Shown in pieces: positions 12,800 through 23,430 of a stretch of 64,000 nucleotides of DNA (its first letter is position 1; each line of letters starts with the position of its first letter). Source of the stretch: Eledone cirrhosa (lineage: Eukaryota). The position numbers and the translations under genes are program-made. The stretch spans positions 14,632,001 through 14,696,000 of the forward strand of contig OZ024742.1 of assembly GCA_964016885.1 (NCBI GenBank), given 5' to 3'. The notes under the pieces are model-generated. The model saw nothing but the letters and a program-made list of their open reading frames with translations. It ran no database searches and had not been told where the DNA came from.

Positions 12800-13255
12800 T
12801 TTAGGAGTAGTTTATAATAATAGATATCACCAAGACTCACGTCAAGTCACCATTTTAGCAGAAATATATAATAATGATGGGAATATCAACACGGATAAAT
12901 ATGATGAATGTATGTTTATTTGTCGTAGTGAGAAAGAGACAAAGTTATCCACAAAGTAAATGTTTGTTGAATTGGATAGTTAAAGTTAACAATGTAAAGG
13001 TTATAAAAAGAATGTGGCATTGCGCCAGGCCCAAGGAAGGCCGACAGGCCAAAGTGCAAATCTCACCGTTACATTATCGCGTGTTTATTTCTCAGAGTCC
13101 AAAGCAGCAAGAGAGAGATGTCTGAATCGACGCGGGAATTTTTCTCTCAGGGCGTGTCGAGATACATTCTCCTACGCTGGCGGCGATTGGCTGAACTGTG
13201 CCAAACAACGCACGGAGAATGTATCTATGAGCCCTCGGAATGTAGGTCACTACAA
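12800..13255 (+). repeat. Unclassified interspersed repeat; second copy 15083-15652 (SINE-interrupted), diverged inverted copy ~27500-27958
   Basis: Core ggcccaaggaaggccgacaggccaaagtgcaaatctcaccgttacat..agtccaaagcagcaagagag occurs three times per unit. Confidence 0.85.
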
Positions 13256-15654
13256 TACCCCCTTCCTAGTCGCAAGACGATATATAAAATTGAATCAGCA
13301 GGAAAAATGCTGAAAGAGAGCACATCAATGAAAAGATTGAACAAAAGAATGCATGCAAGAAGAAAAATGAGGTGCTAAGGGCTGTGTTGAGCCACTGTGT
13401 CAAATGACTAACTGTTTTGCTATTTATACGTAACCATCAGGCTCTATCAGAAAATGGATAAAGTCTGACATGGGCAAAGTTGCTGTTCTTGCATTAAACG
13501 TTAGCTGTTATGGTAAGTGTTGTACCGGAGCTGTTGTCAATGATGGCGCTGTTATGGTAAATGTTGTAGCAGAGCTGGCAAGAAGATGATTGGTAGGTGA
13601 GAAATTGTCGGCCTCCCAGATGAATTGCCGGAAGTGCTAGGCAGCCAGTAAAAAATGGCAAGTTGCTTTGAAAAGAAAAAAAGCAAGTTGAATCTGTAGG
13701 TGGGTAGTAGTTGAAGCGGTAATTCCATAATTCTGACAAATCCATAGGAGAAATGGTGGATATGCTGACAGGTCCAGTTCCATTTGTTGTTTTCCCAGTG
13801 AGTCGGGTAAAGTAACAAGATGGAGGTTGTTATGCTATAGGACGATGAGTGTGCAACGAGATGCGAAACTGTTTGAATCCAGCTGCAATTAACATTCTCG
13901 TGTTGCGGTGCAGGTGAATTAAGCTACAAGTGTCGACAGCATGTTTTGGAATCTCCACCAGGTGAAAAGGGATCTCGCAGAATATTACGACGTTTGAAGA
14001 TCATATACTATAGACAACAACATGTTGGTGTGTGACAAAGAAATGTGTGTGCATATGCAGGCATGTAATACAGCAAAGAAAATGTGTGTGTGCACTCATA
14101 TATACAATGATAGAGTAAAAAAATGAATTTTCATATTATACAGTTTAAAAGAAATAAATGTCCAAACATTGCCTGTAAAAAAAGAAAGAAAGAATTGTTT
14201 TTTAAGTGGTTGTTGTCTCTCGCAGCCTTTTAAAGTTGTTCCAAGGGAAACAACTCGTTCAGAGCTTGAAGATCCAAAAAGAAGGGTGCGCAACATTTTT
14301 TTTTTACAGAGATTTCAGCCAAGATGTGTTGGTCAGTGTTGAAAAAAAAAAACAGTTGAGCGCTGTGATCTGAGTAAGTCCAGAAGAGCGGTTGTTGATC
14401 TGAGTGAGTTCAGATAAGTTTGTTTTAAGTAGCTGATCGCAGAATGAATGTGCATAAAAATGCCCAGCAAGTGACGCCAATTTACGACGCAAGGTGTCGC
14501 AATTCTTTTTTACCGGCATTAATAAAGTAGCTCGTGGTCGAAATATTCTTTGAGATGAATAGCAATGAGTGTGTTGGTAAAATCCGCCGCGCGGCAAAAT
14601 GACGAAACGAAGAAGACAAGATGGCTGCTCAAAAATGAAAGAGGAAGGCAGCAGTCGCTATATTGGTTGTTGGTCTTAAACAAAAGCTTGGTTGAACAAG
14701 AAATTTTCAGAGAAAGAAATATCATGTTAAAAAATGAAAGAGTCCAATTTAATGAATGGTTCGTAGTAAGATGTAGCGAAAGTGTAAACAGCCAAGTGAG
14801 AAGCATTTGAACGTTGTCACCACGTGAGGTGGGAATAGAAATTTTTGTGTTCGTTTTGTTCCAACGGAGAAGTTGCCACATAGTTATTCTGTTGTTATGG
14901 TTAGTGGTTAACCAATGTTGTCGCTGCTGGTGCTGTTGTTGGTAGAGGAGGACTTGGCGATAGCCATCTTGAAACTAATTTCCTCGTGTTGAAATTTTTT
15001 TTTTTTTTTAATACTGCTAATTTTTTTTTATTTTAAAGGAATATTTTGTACTTAAAATATTCCTCCATCGGGGGTCACCATTTTTAGCAGTAGTTTATAA
15101 TAATAGATATCACCAAGACTCACGTCAAGTCACCATTTTAGTAGAAAGATATAATAATTGTTTCTACTATTGGCACAAGGCCAGCAATTACCCAGTACAT
15201 TACTGGTACTTTATTTTATCGACCCCGTAAGGATGAAAGGCAAAGTTAACCTTTGGCAGAAAGATATAATAATGATGGGAATATCAACACGGATAAATAT
15301 GATGAATGTATGTTTATTTGTCATAGTGAGAAAGAGACAAAGTTATCCACAAAGTAAATGTTTGTTGAATTGGATAGTTAAAGTTAACAATGTAAAGGTT
15401 ATAAAAAGAATGTGGCATTGCGCCAGGCCCAAGGAAGGCCGACAGGCCAAAGTGCAAATCTCACCGTTACATTATCGCGTGTTTATTTCTCAGAGTCCAA
15501 AGCAGCAAGATAGAGATGTCTGAATCGACGCGGGAATTTTTCTCTCAGGGCGTGTCGAGACACATTCTCCTACGCTGGCGGCGATTGGCTGAACTGTGCC
15601 AAACAATGCACGGAGAATGTATCTATGAACCCTCGGAATGTAGGTCACTACAGT

Positions 15655-16325
15655 GCCATCTATCTCAATATATACCTCCTCATTTGTTTCTAATTTTGTT
15701 TTCCTAAGTGTGTTCCAGATGGTTGTAGCTGTCACATCGTGTCTCATAGGGAGGTAGTAATGAGACGGCATTCTTTCGCAGTTGGCAACAATGTGGCTAA
15801 CATCTTCAATCATTATTTTACAAAGCCGAGGTTGACTTTGCCTTTCATCCTTACGGGGTCGATAAAATAAAGTACCAGTAATGCACTGGGTAATTGCTGG
15901 CCTTCTGCCTAAAGTAGAAACAATTATTTTACAAAGCCTACATTTATTGTCGACTGATGGCCCTCCTCTTTTGTGTAGCAGATATTTGGTTAGGATTTCT
16001 TGTTCCTGTATTGCATAGAGATATCCTTCAAGGTGGGATGTCATAAACTTATCAGAACACCATGCCAGGCTTTTTGAATGATTTATCCCCTCTATGGTCT
16101 GTGTTTTTCATCTCAGGTACCCATGCACAACTTTCTCTGTAAATTGCTCCATTTGTTTCATCTAGTTTGAATATTGAATAGGATTTTCCAATTTTCCTGG
16201 GAGAGAGATTTATTTCAGGCCTTATTCCATATCTCTCCTCCAAATCAGTGGTTATCCTAATGATATTATTTCCTTCGTGCTCATAGACCTGGGCAAGATG
16301 GTTGCTGACCATTTTCTTCTGAAGA
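15655..16325 (-). mobile_element. R4/Dong-like LINE fragment (CCHC region) split by a SINE (paralog +32302)
   Basis: EGYLYAIQEQEI.TKY..CRLCK..EDVSHIVANC..YLPMRHD. Confidence 0.87.
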
Positions 16326-16424
16326 TGTTAAGAAGTAAGGAAATAAAATGTACGTTAGTGACACTGAAGTCCTTGAATGCAGTTGGTCTACCAGTATAGA
16401 GTCTCTCATATTTCAACATTGATT

Positions 16425-16895
16425 AAGATGGAGTGGTCATGTAGTGAGAATGGATGATGATCACATCCCTAGGCAGTTCCTGATGGTAAACGACAGGTAC
16501 ACAAACCAAAATTGAGGTACAGGGATTGCAGCAAAAGCACTCTGAGGAAGATGAAAATATTGGAGAATGACTGGGAGAACCTCGCTCTCGATAGACTTTC
16601 CTGCAGGAAGCCAGTGCATGATGGGAGGAGAGAATTTGGAAGAAACCGTGTTGAGCATGAACAGCTCAAGTGGTGTGCTCATAAGAGCCTTGAGTCTAGT
16701 TTGTCAAAGTATCTTGATTTAACCTGTAAAGAATGTGGCTGGTTATGTCTAAGTAGGGCGGGCCTTGACAGTCATCAGAGAAGCCACATACATGGAGACA
16801 CTGTCAACTGTACATTGTATGACATTTCTGTTTGTGGGGAGTAGAGTGTGCCACAGTTGGTGGACTGAAACATCATTTGAAAGTGCACCAAAAAT
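16425..16895 (+). mobile_element. RTE-type LINE C-terminal fragment with C2H2-like fingers
   Basis: LRWSGHVVRMDD..IPRQ..KPKLRYRD..WENLALDR..CKECGWLCLSRAGLDSHQRSH. Confidence 0.78.
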
Positions 16896-17807
16896 ATCAA
16901 TAACAAGACACTATGACAAGAAGTCATTTTATTTCAGCTAGAAGCAGCTACATTAACATATTGTTACGATAGAGGGAAATATTATATTTTAAAGTGATCA
17001 TACTTTAATATTTATGAAAGTTGTGGCAAAGGATTTCAATATATTTTACTGATAAGATATGGAAGAAATATTTCTAAAGTAACTTTTCCCTTGTTTGTAA
17101 TAGCTGTCATAGCTAATTCTGAAATAGTAAGAAAGATGAAATATTAGTATAGACAGATAAAATATTATTTTACATTATATTACATTACATTTGAAAAAGA
17201 GGGGGGGGGGGGGTATAAATAAAGTACTAGTAACACACTGGAGTCAATTTAATCGACTTTCACCGACCCCATGACCACAAATTGTTGGCCTTGTGCCTGA
17301 ACCAGAAACCATTATTGACAACTTATATAGCAATAGTTGACAAGAACTATATACGTGTTGTATTTTCATTGGTTAATGTGTAACACTTCCAAGAGTCTCC
17401 AGCTATAAATTATATCATCCAACCCAACAGAGAAATATTAAACAATCTGTAAAACTTGAAAACTAACTGTGATAAAATTGTGACATTTTCTCCACTAAAC
17501 ACCATCAACTCTACTTTGACTCTTTTACTCAGTAAGTTGACTTCTTTCCATCATATTTCTTCACCTTGGAATTTATATATTTGTTTATCTACTTATTCAT
17601 TTATGTAAAATGAAATACACACAGACACATATATACATACATACACACATACATACATGCAAACACTTTTATGCGCACTGTATACACATATACACTGCCC
17701 ATACATGTATGTATGTATGTATATTTGTTTCTCTCTCTCTTAATTTCGAGTACATTTTTGACCGGCCACCTTCCTGGTGGCAAGGTTGGAAAAGAAAAGA
17801 AATGTTC

Positions 17808-19165
17808 TTCCGGTTTTGTAATTTCACAAATTTTTTATTAATAGAGAGAGAGTGGTTTCTAACATAGTTACAAGACTCTTTCATTGGAATTTACACATCA
17901 ACTAGGTAGATATGTCTGCATGTCTGCATGCATGTGTGTGCAGGTATGGATGTTATTGTATATGTGGATGTGTATGTTTTGAGTTGCATGTGTGCATGTG
18001 TATATGCTTTGCATCTGTACATGTGTATATGCAGTTATTAGATGCAAAATTTTTGGAATGTTTTACATATTTTTACAGTTCCATTAATGGATTGTACTTG
18101 TAATTTCCTAACTAGTTGTGTTCTTTCTGTTCCCGTGAAGCCTAGCTTCTCAAGATTTGTATTGGAGCAGTTACTAACATACCCCAGTGCCCCAATAATC
18201 ACAGGCATAAATCTGAAGGTGTAATCAGGGTGGAGTATCTGCAGATTTCTCATCAGTTATGCATAAATATTCTCCTTTTCACTAATCTTTGACATTATAT
18301 TGGCATCTGCTAGGCAGCTAATTTCCAGTACTGTGCATGCCTTCTTTTCCCTGTCCCATATCATAATATCTGGTCTGTTATGCCTGCATTTTATTTGGGT
18401 TTTTATTGGAACATTCCACCAGTACTCTTTCATATTATGTACATGGATGTCTTCCACATTGCTGTAGCTTTTAATGTGTTTATTATCAGGGCTATCTTTT
18501 TTTTATGGATTGCATTGTCCAGTGTTTTGGCCACTACATCATGCCTCATAGGTTGATAGTACCGCGATGACATCTTTGGACAGCTGCTGATGACATGAGT
18601 GATATCTTCGATGTCAGTTCTGCAGAGTCTGCACTTGTTATCACATCTAGGTGTTTTGCCTGCATCCCTATCTCTTTTCAGGTATTTTGTGTTAATTTCC
18701 TGTTCTTGGATTGCAAAAGCGCATCCTTCAAAGTGGGAGCCAATATAGCGGTTGTTGGTCCAAGATAGACTACTTTCCTTAACTATATTACTCTCACTCT
18801 GGAGATTCCTGGTAACATATGCATGCATGATTTTTTGCTGATAAGCATGCAGTTTTTCATCCATGGATTCACTGCGATACTGCTGAGCGACTTCCCTGGG
18901 TGTGAGTTTTTGATTATCACACAGGGAATATCTCTCGAGGAGTTCCTTCCCGACTCTCATGATCTTATCTGTTTCATGCAGATAGACTTGCTTGAGAGAC
19001 GGGCTCCTACGCTTCGAGGTTCGTAGATGTTGTCGGAGGGATATGATGCGACATTCAAATGCTGTCTGGACTGATGTTAGGCCTCTGCCTCCCTGTTTAT
19101 GTTTCAAGTAAAGGCGGTTTATGTCACTGTTGATGTCACTGCTTTCTTCTCCCTGTCCCATATCA
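17808..19165 (-). mobile_element. 5'-truncated R4/Dong-like LINE (CCHC + RLE + 3' UTR)
   Basis: RLY..GGRGL, CRLCRTDIEDITHVISSC, RHD, RPDIMIWD..LEISC. Another 3' UTR copy at ~20755-21040 and a fragment at 23430-23530. Confidence 0.9.
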
Positions 19166-19224
19166 TATGTATGTATGAATGTATGCATGTATGTATGATA
19201 TATGTATTCATGTATGCAAGAAGG

Positions 19225-19325
<101 letters not shown>

Positions 19326-19369
19326 CTATCTCTATCTACTTATCTATCTATCTATCTACCTATCTATCT

Positions 19370-20170
19370 CACCAGTCTGTTCAGTAGGACTTTCCGCCCG
19401 GGACCTATGGACAACTTCCAGAGGTCCCTGGCCTGGCATCCTACCGAGGACCTCTACCCGTTCGAGATAAGATCTACAGGCACGGACACCCCAGCAGGGA
19501 TCCTTCCAAGAGGACGTGTACAAGATGCACGCAGGACATTGAAACAGTCCTGCACGCAATTCTACACTGCCCGGGCATAACCGACCTGTGGAACTATGCA
19601 GAACAACTGCTGTCGCGTATGGGACAAATCCAGTTGACTGCCGAGTCCATAGTAAGGATCAAAGCGCCAGCCTCTTTCAAAAACAAAAGAGAGGCGGTTT
19701 TCCTCTGTACGGTGGCTATGGTGAAAGAAGTTATATGGCGGACGAGGTTGAGAGGACTGAGGACAGATGCCTTTCTCTCCGGACAACAATTGATTCCCTT
19801 CTTTAAGTATCATTTTAGAAGGAGAATCAGAGTGGAGAGAGAGAGGCACTGCACCCCAGTAAATTTACTGAAAGGTGGGTGAATGAAGCGAAAATGGCCC
19901 GAGTGATTGGGCCTTCTCTGATTATAAGCCTGTAGGTTGAGGAAGAGAGCAAAAGGAAGAAGGGAGCACTTGCACAACACGCTCCTGAAGTTGAGGGTTG
20001 TTCTATCGACGGGGTATTAAACAACCCATTTGTGGCGCCTCTCCCCTATTGGGGATTTCGATTGTTATAATTGTTTGTTTCATATTTTTACACGATTGTA
20101 TGTAAAATGCCCGGCATGTCTTTGTTTTGTCCCCTTTTCTTGTGCGCCCTTGAGGCTAATAAAGAAATAT
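19370..20170 (+). mobile_element. 3' fragment of a second, diverged L1/Tx1 subfamily (paralog 51679-52479)
   Basis: FRPGPMDNFQRSLAW..LTAESIVRI..FFKYHFRRRIRVERE, homologous to ORF 1617-2603; ends ggctaataaagaaat. Confidence 0.88.
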
Positions 20171-20217
20171 ATCTATATTGTATATAGTTTATTGTTATCC
20201 ATTATTATTGTTAAATA

Positions 20218-20420
20218 TAGTGGTGAAGTGGATTGGCAGTATCGGTAGAGAGTCGGACGCCATGCTTTGAAGCATAGAGTTACGTCCCTTTACGGACTGA
20301 GTTCAAATCCCGCCGAGGTTAACTTTGCCTTTCATCCTTACGGGGTCGATAAAATAAAGTACCAGTAATGTACTGAGTAATTGCTGGCCTTGTGCCAAAT
20401 GTAGAAACAACTATTATTGT
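20218..20420 (+). mobile_element. tRNA-derived SINE (family 2); other copies at ~320-500 (-), 10505-10630, 15158-15252 (-), 15828-15922 and 17218-17315, plus paralogs
   Basis: B box gagttcaaatccc, conserved core ctttgcctttcatccttacggggtcgataaaataaagtaccagt (resembles the MetaSINE central domain, from memory), and a (tta)n tail. Confidence 0.82.
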
Positions 20421-21041
20421 TAAAGATTTTTATGTAAAAACCCCGCCGTCACATCTTGTAATGTCCCATTTTTGTACGCCCTTGTGGCAAATAAAGAAAC
20501 CTATCTATCTATCTATCTGTCCACACACACTAACATGCACTACCAGACCTATACATACATTATATATGTTTATTTTGATATAGAAAAACCTGGAATGTGG
20601 CTCCAACTCTATTGTTGATTCTGATCTCTGTCATGTAATCGTAAACATACTTAAACATAACCTCCTGTTTACTTTTCATATGACAAACATATAGCTTTTC
20701 TATTGCCTTCTATTCTTCTTTCATAAATAACATTCTATGTATGTAACTATGTATGTTCTTCTGGTTTTATAATTTCACAAATTTTTGCCAATAGAGAGAG
20801 AGTCGGTTTCTAACATAGACACAAGACTCTCTCATTGGAATTTACACAATATCAACTAGGTAGATTATGTATCCATGCATGCATGTGTCGATATGGATTT
20901 TATTGTATGTATGGATGTGTATGTTTTGAGGTGTATGTGTGCATGTGTATATGCTTTGTATCTGTACATGTGTATATGCAGTTATTAGATGCAACATTTT
21001 AGGAATGTTTTACATATTTTTACTGTTCCATTAATGGATTA

Positions 21042-23430
21042 ATCATCATCATCATCATCACCTTTTTACGTCCGTTCTTCCATGCTAGCATGGGTTAGAC
21101 GGGTTGTCCTGTTGTGGGCAGTGTCTGGTCGGCTGATCATGCCTTGCTCATACAGGAACTGATTTGGCTTGATTTCTACAGCTGGATGCCCTTCCTAACA
21201 CCAACTTTATTTACAGTGAGTGCTGGGTGCTTTTTTTCCGTGGCGCCTCCACGTCCACTTTACAGTGTGGGCTGGGTGCTTTTTTGCCGTGGCACCACCT
21301 CAACCACTTTGCAGTGGGAGGGTGTGGGGGCATATTGTCTATATGCTTCAGCTTGTACCCATGGGAGGTCGGGTACTCTGTATTACTGCGTGACTCCAGA
21401 GGTCACGGTCGTGTGTCATCGCCTTTGAGAGGTGTAATTGTGTAAGGTCGGCTTTTATCACCTCATCCCAGGTCTTCTTGGGTCTCCCCACTCCGCGGTT
21501 TCCATTGACTTCTAGTGCTCTGCACCTTTTTATGCAGCTGTCATCCTTCATACGCATCACATGTCCATACCAACGCAACCGCCTCTCCTGCACACAGCAT
21601 TTAATTCCTCTTATGCTCAGTCTCTCTCTCAATTCATTTATGCTTTGCCGTTCGCGTATATTACTATTACACATCCATCGGAGCATGCAGGCTTCGTTTC
21701 TCTCTAATCTACGTAAGTGTTCCACCTTTAGTGCCCAGGTCTCACTACCATGTAACATTGCTGTTCGGATACACGCATCATACAGTCTGCCTTTCATTTT
21801 GAGGGAGAAGCCTTTTGCAGCTAGCAGTGGCAGTAGTTCCCTGAACTTCTTCCATTCCGTTCTTACCCTAGTTATTGTACTTTCTGAACACCCACCTCCG
21901 CTGCTAATTCGGTCACCTAGGTAGCAGAAGCTGTCTACTGTTTCTACAGAGCCCTCCCAGAGATTGGTGGTACTTGTTTCCTGTGGCTGTTTGCTGCTTG
22001 CTGTCCCAGCACAGCTGCTACATGTGAAGCCTACATTCTTAATTAAGCTTCCTGAGATCCCGCTACATCTCTTGTGTACCCATTGTTTGTATTTGGGGCA
22101 GAGAATGGAGTTCCTACCTACCCCTTTCCTACATACTGAGCAATGCCATTTCCCTGAGGGGATCTAGGTTCTGTTTTCTCCTCTACTTACAAGGACCTTA
22201 GTCTTTGTCATGTTGACTTTGAGACCCTTTCTTTCTAGTCCAAGTTTGGAATTTCTTCTCTAGTTCTACCATAGATTCAGTTATAAGTGCGAGGTCATCT
22301 GCATACAGGAGTTGCCATGGGCATACGGTCTTAAACTCCTCCGTTATTGACTGCAGGACTATGATGAACAGGAGAGGGCTAAGAACAGAGCCCTGGTGGA
22401 CACCAACCTGTACGCTAAATTCCTCGCTATACTCATTGCTAATCCTAACTTTGCTGACTGCTCCCCTATACATGGCTTGTACAGCTTTCACAAGCCATTC
22501 ATCTACTCCTAGTTTTCTAAAAACCCACCAGATTATAGCACGTGGAACTCTGTCAAAGGCTTTCTCGAGATCGACGATTGCCAGGTAGAGTGGCTTACTT
22601 TTAGCTAGTTACTTTTCCTGTAACTGCCTCACAAGGAAGAGGGCATCAGTGGTGCCTCTTCCTGGTACAAACTCAAATTGCATCTCATCTAGTTTCACTC
22701 AGTCCCTAATCAACTGTGCTATAACTCTTTCTGTTACTTTCATGACCTGGTCCATCAGCTTTATACCTCTATAGTTTCCTCTATCTAGTGCATCACCTTT
22801 ACCTTTGTAGCAGTTGACAATGATGCTACTGCACCAATCTTTTGGTATGACACCTTCTAGTATTACCTGGTTAACAATACGTGTGGTTATAGTGTGACCT
22901 ACAGAGCCAGATGCCTTCAGCATCTCGGCAGCTATACCCGATGGACCGGTTGCCTTCCCCAGCTTCATATCTTTGATTGCCTTACTTACTACGCTGCTGC
23001 TGACTTGTACTGCTGGCCCCTCTATAGGGTCTACTTGGGGTAGGGTCTCTTCTTCCCATGCATTCTCCTCATTTAGTAATCTATCATAATGACTCTTCCA
23101 TGCATCTTTCTTCTCAGCACTTGTGAGGGCAAGCTCACCTTTATCATTCCGGATACACTTCTCTCCAATGACATCACAATTCTCACTGACACACTGCCTC
23201 GCAATCTTGAACACCTCCTGTTTCTGGTCCTCACGTTGCAAAACATGCTTGAATTTTCTATCCTCTGCTTCCCTCCTAGCTAAGTATACTTGTCGCCTAG
23301 CTTCCCTCTTCGTCTCTATGTAATGTACCCTGCTTCCCTCGTTCTTCCATTCTTTCCATGCATGTCTCTTGGCCTTAACTGCCTCATCTACCTTAGTGTT
23401 CCACCACCAAGTCACTCTCCTCCTGCTTGT
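21042..23430 (-). mobile_element. 5'-truncated RTE-clade LINE, RT pseudogene with (GAT)n tail
   Basis: TWWWN..KATGPSGI..NYRGIKL..DLEKAFDRVP..GVHQGSVLSPLLF..LLYADDL..MLHGSETW..RLRWYGHV. Confidence 0.93.

Noticed and set aside
14096-14881. Transposase or host ORFs in the unclassified element interior
   Set aside because: Only faint motif resemblance (HPSFWIF, ELWNY), in an order inconsistent with MULE transposases; not supportable without a search.
16512-16844. Host C2H2 zinc-finger gene
   Set aside because: The fingers follow RTE C-terminal motifs (LRWSGHV, KPKLRYRD) and the frame is broken, so this is a LINE remnant.
20218-20315. tRNA gene
   Set aside because: It has A/B-box-like motifs but no complete cloverleaf and continues into a SINE body repeated many times in the window.
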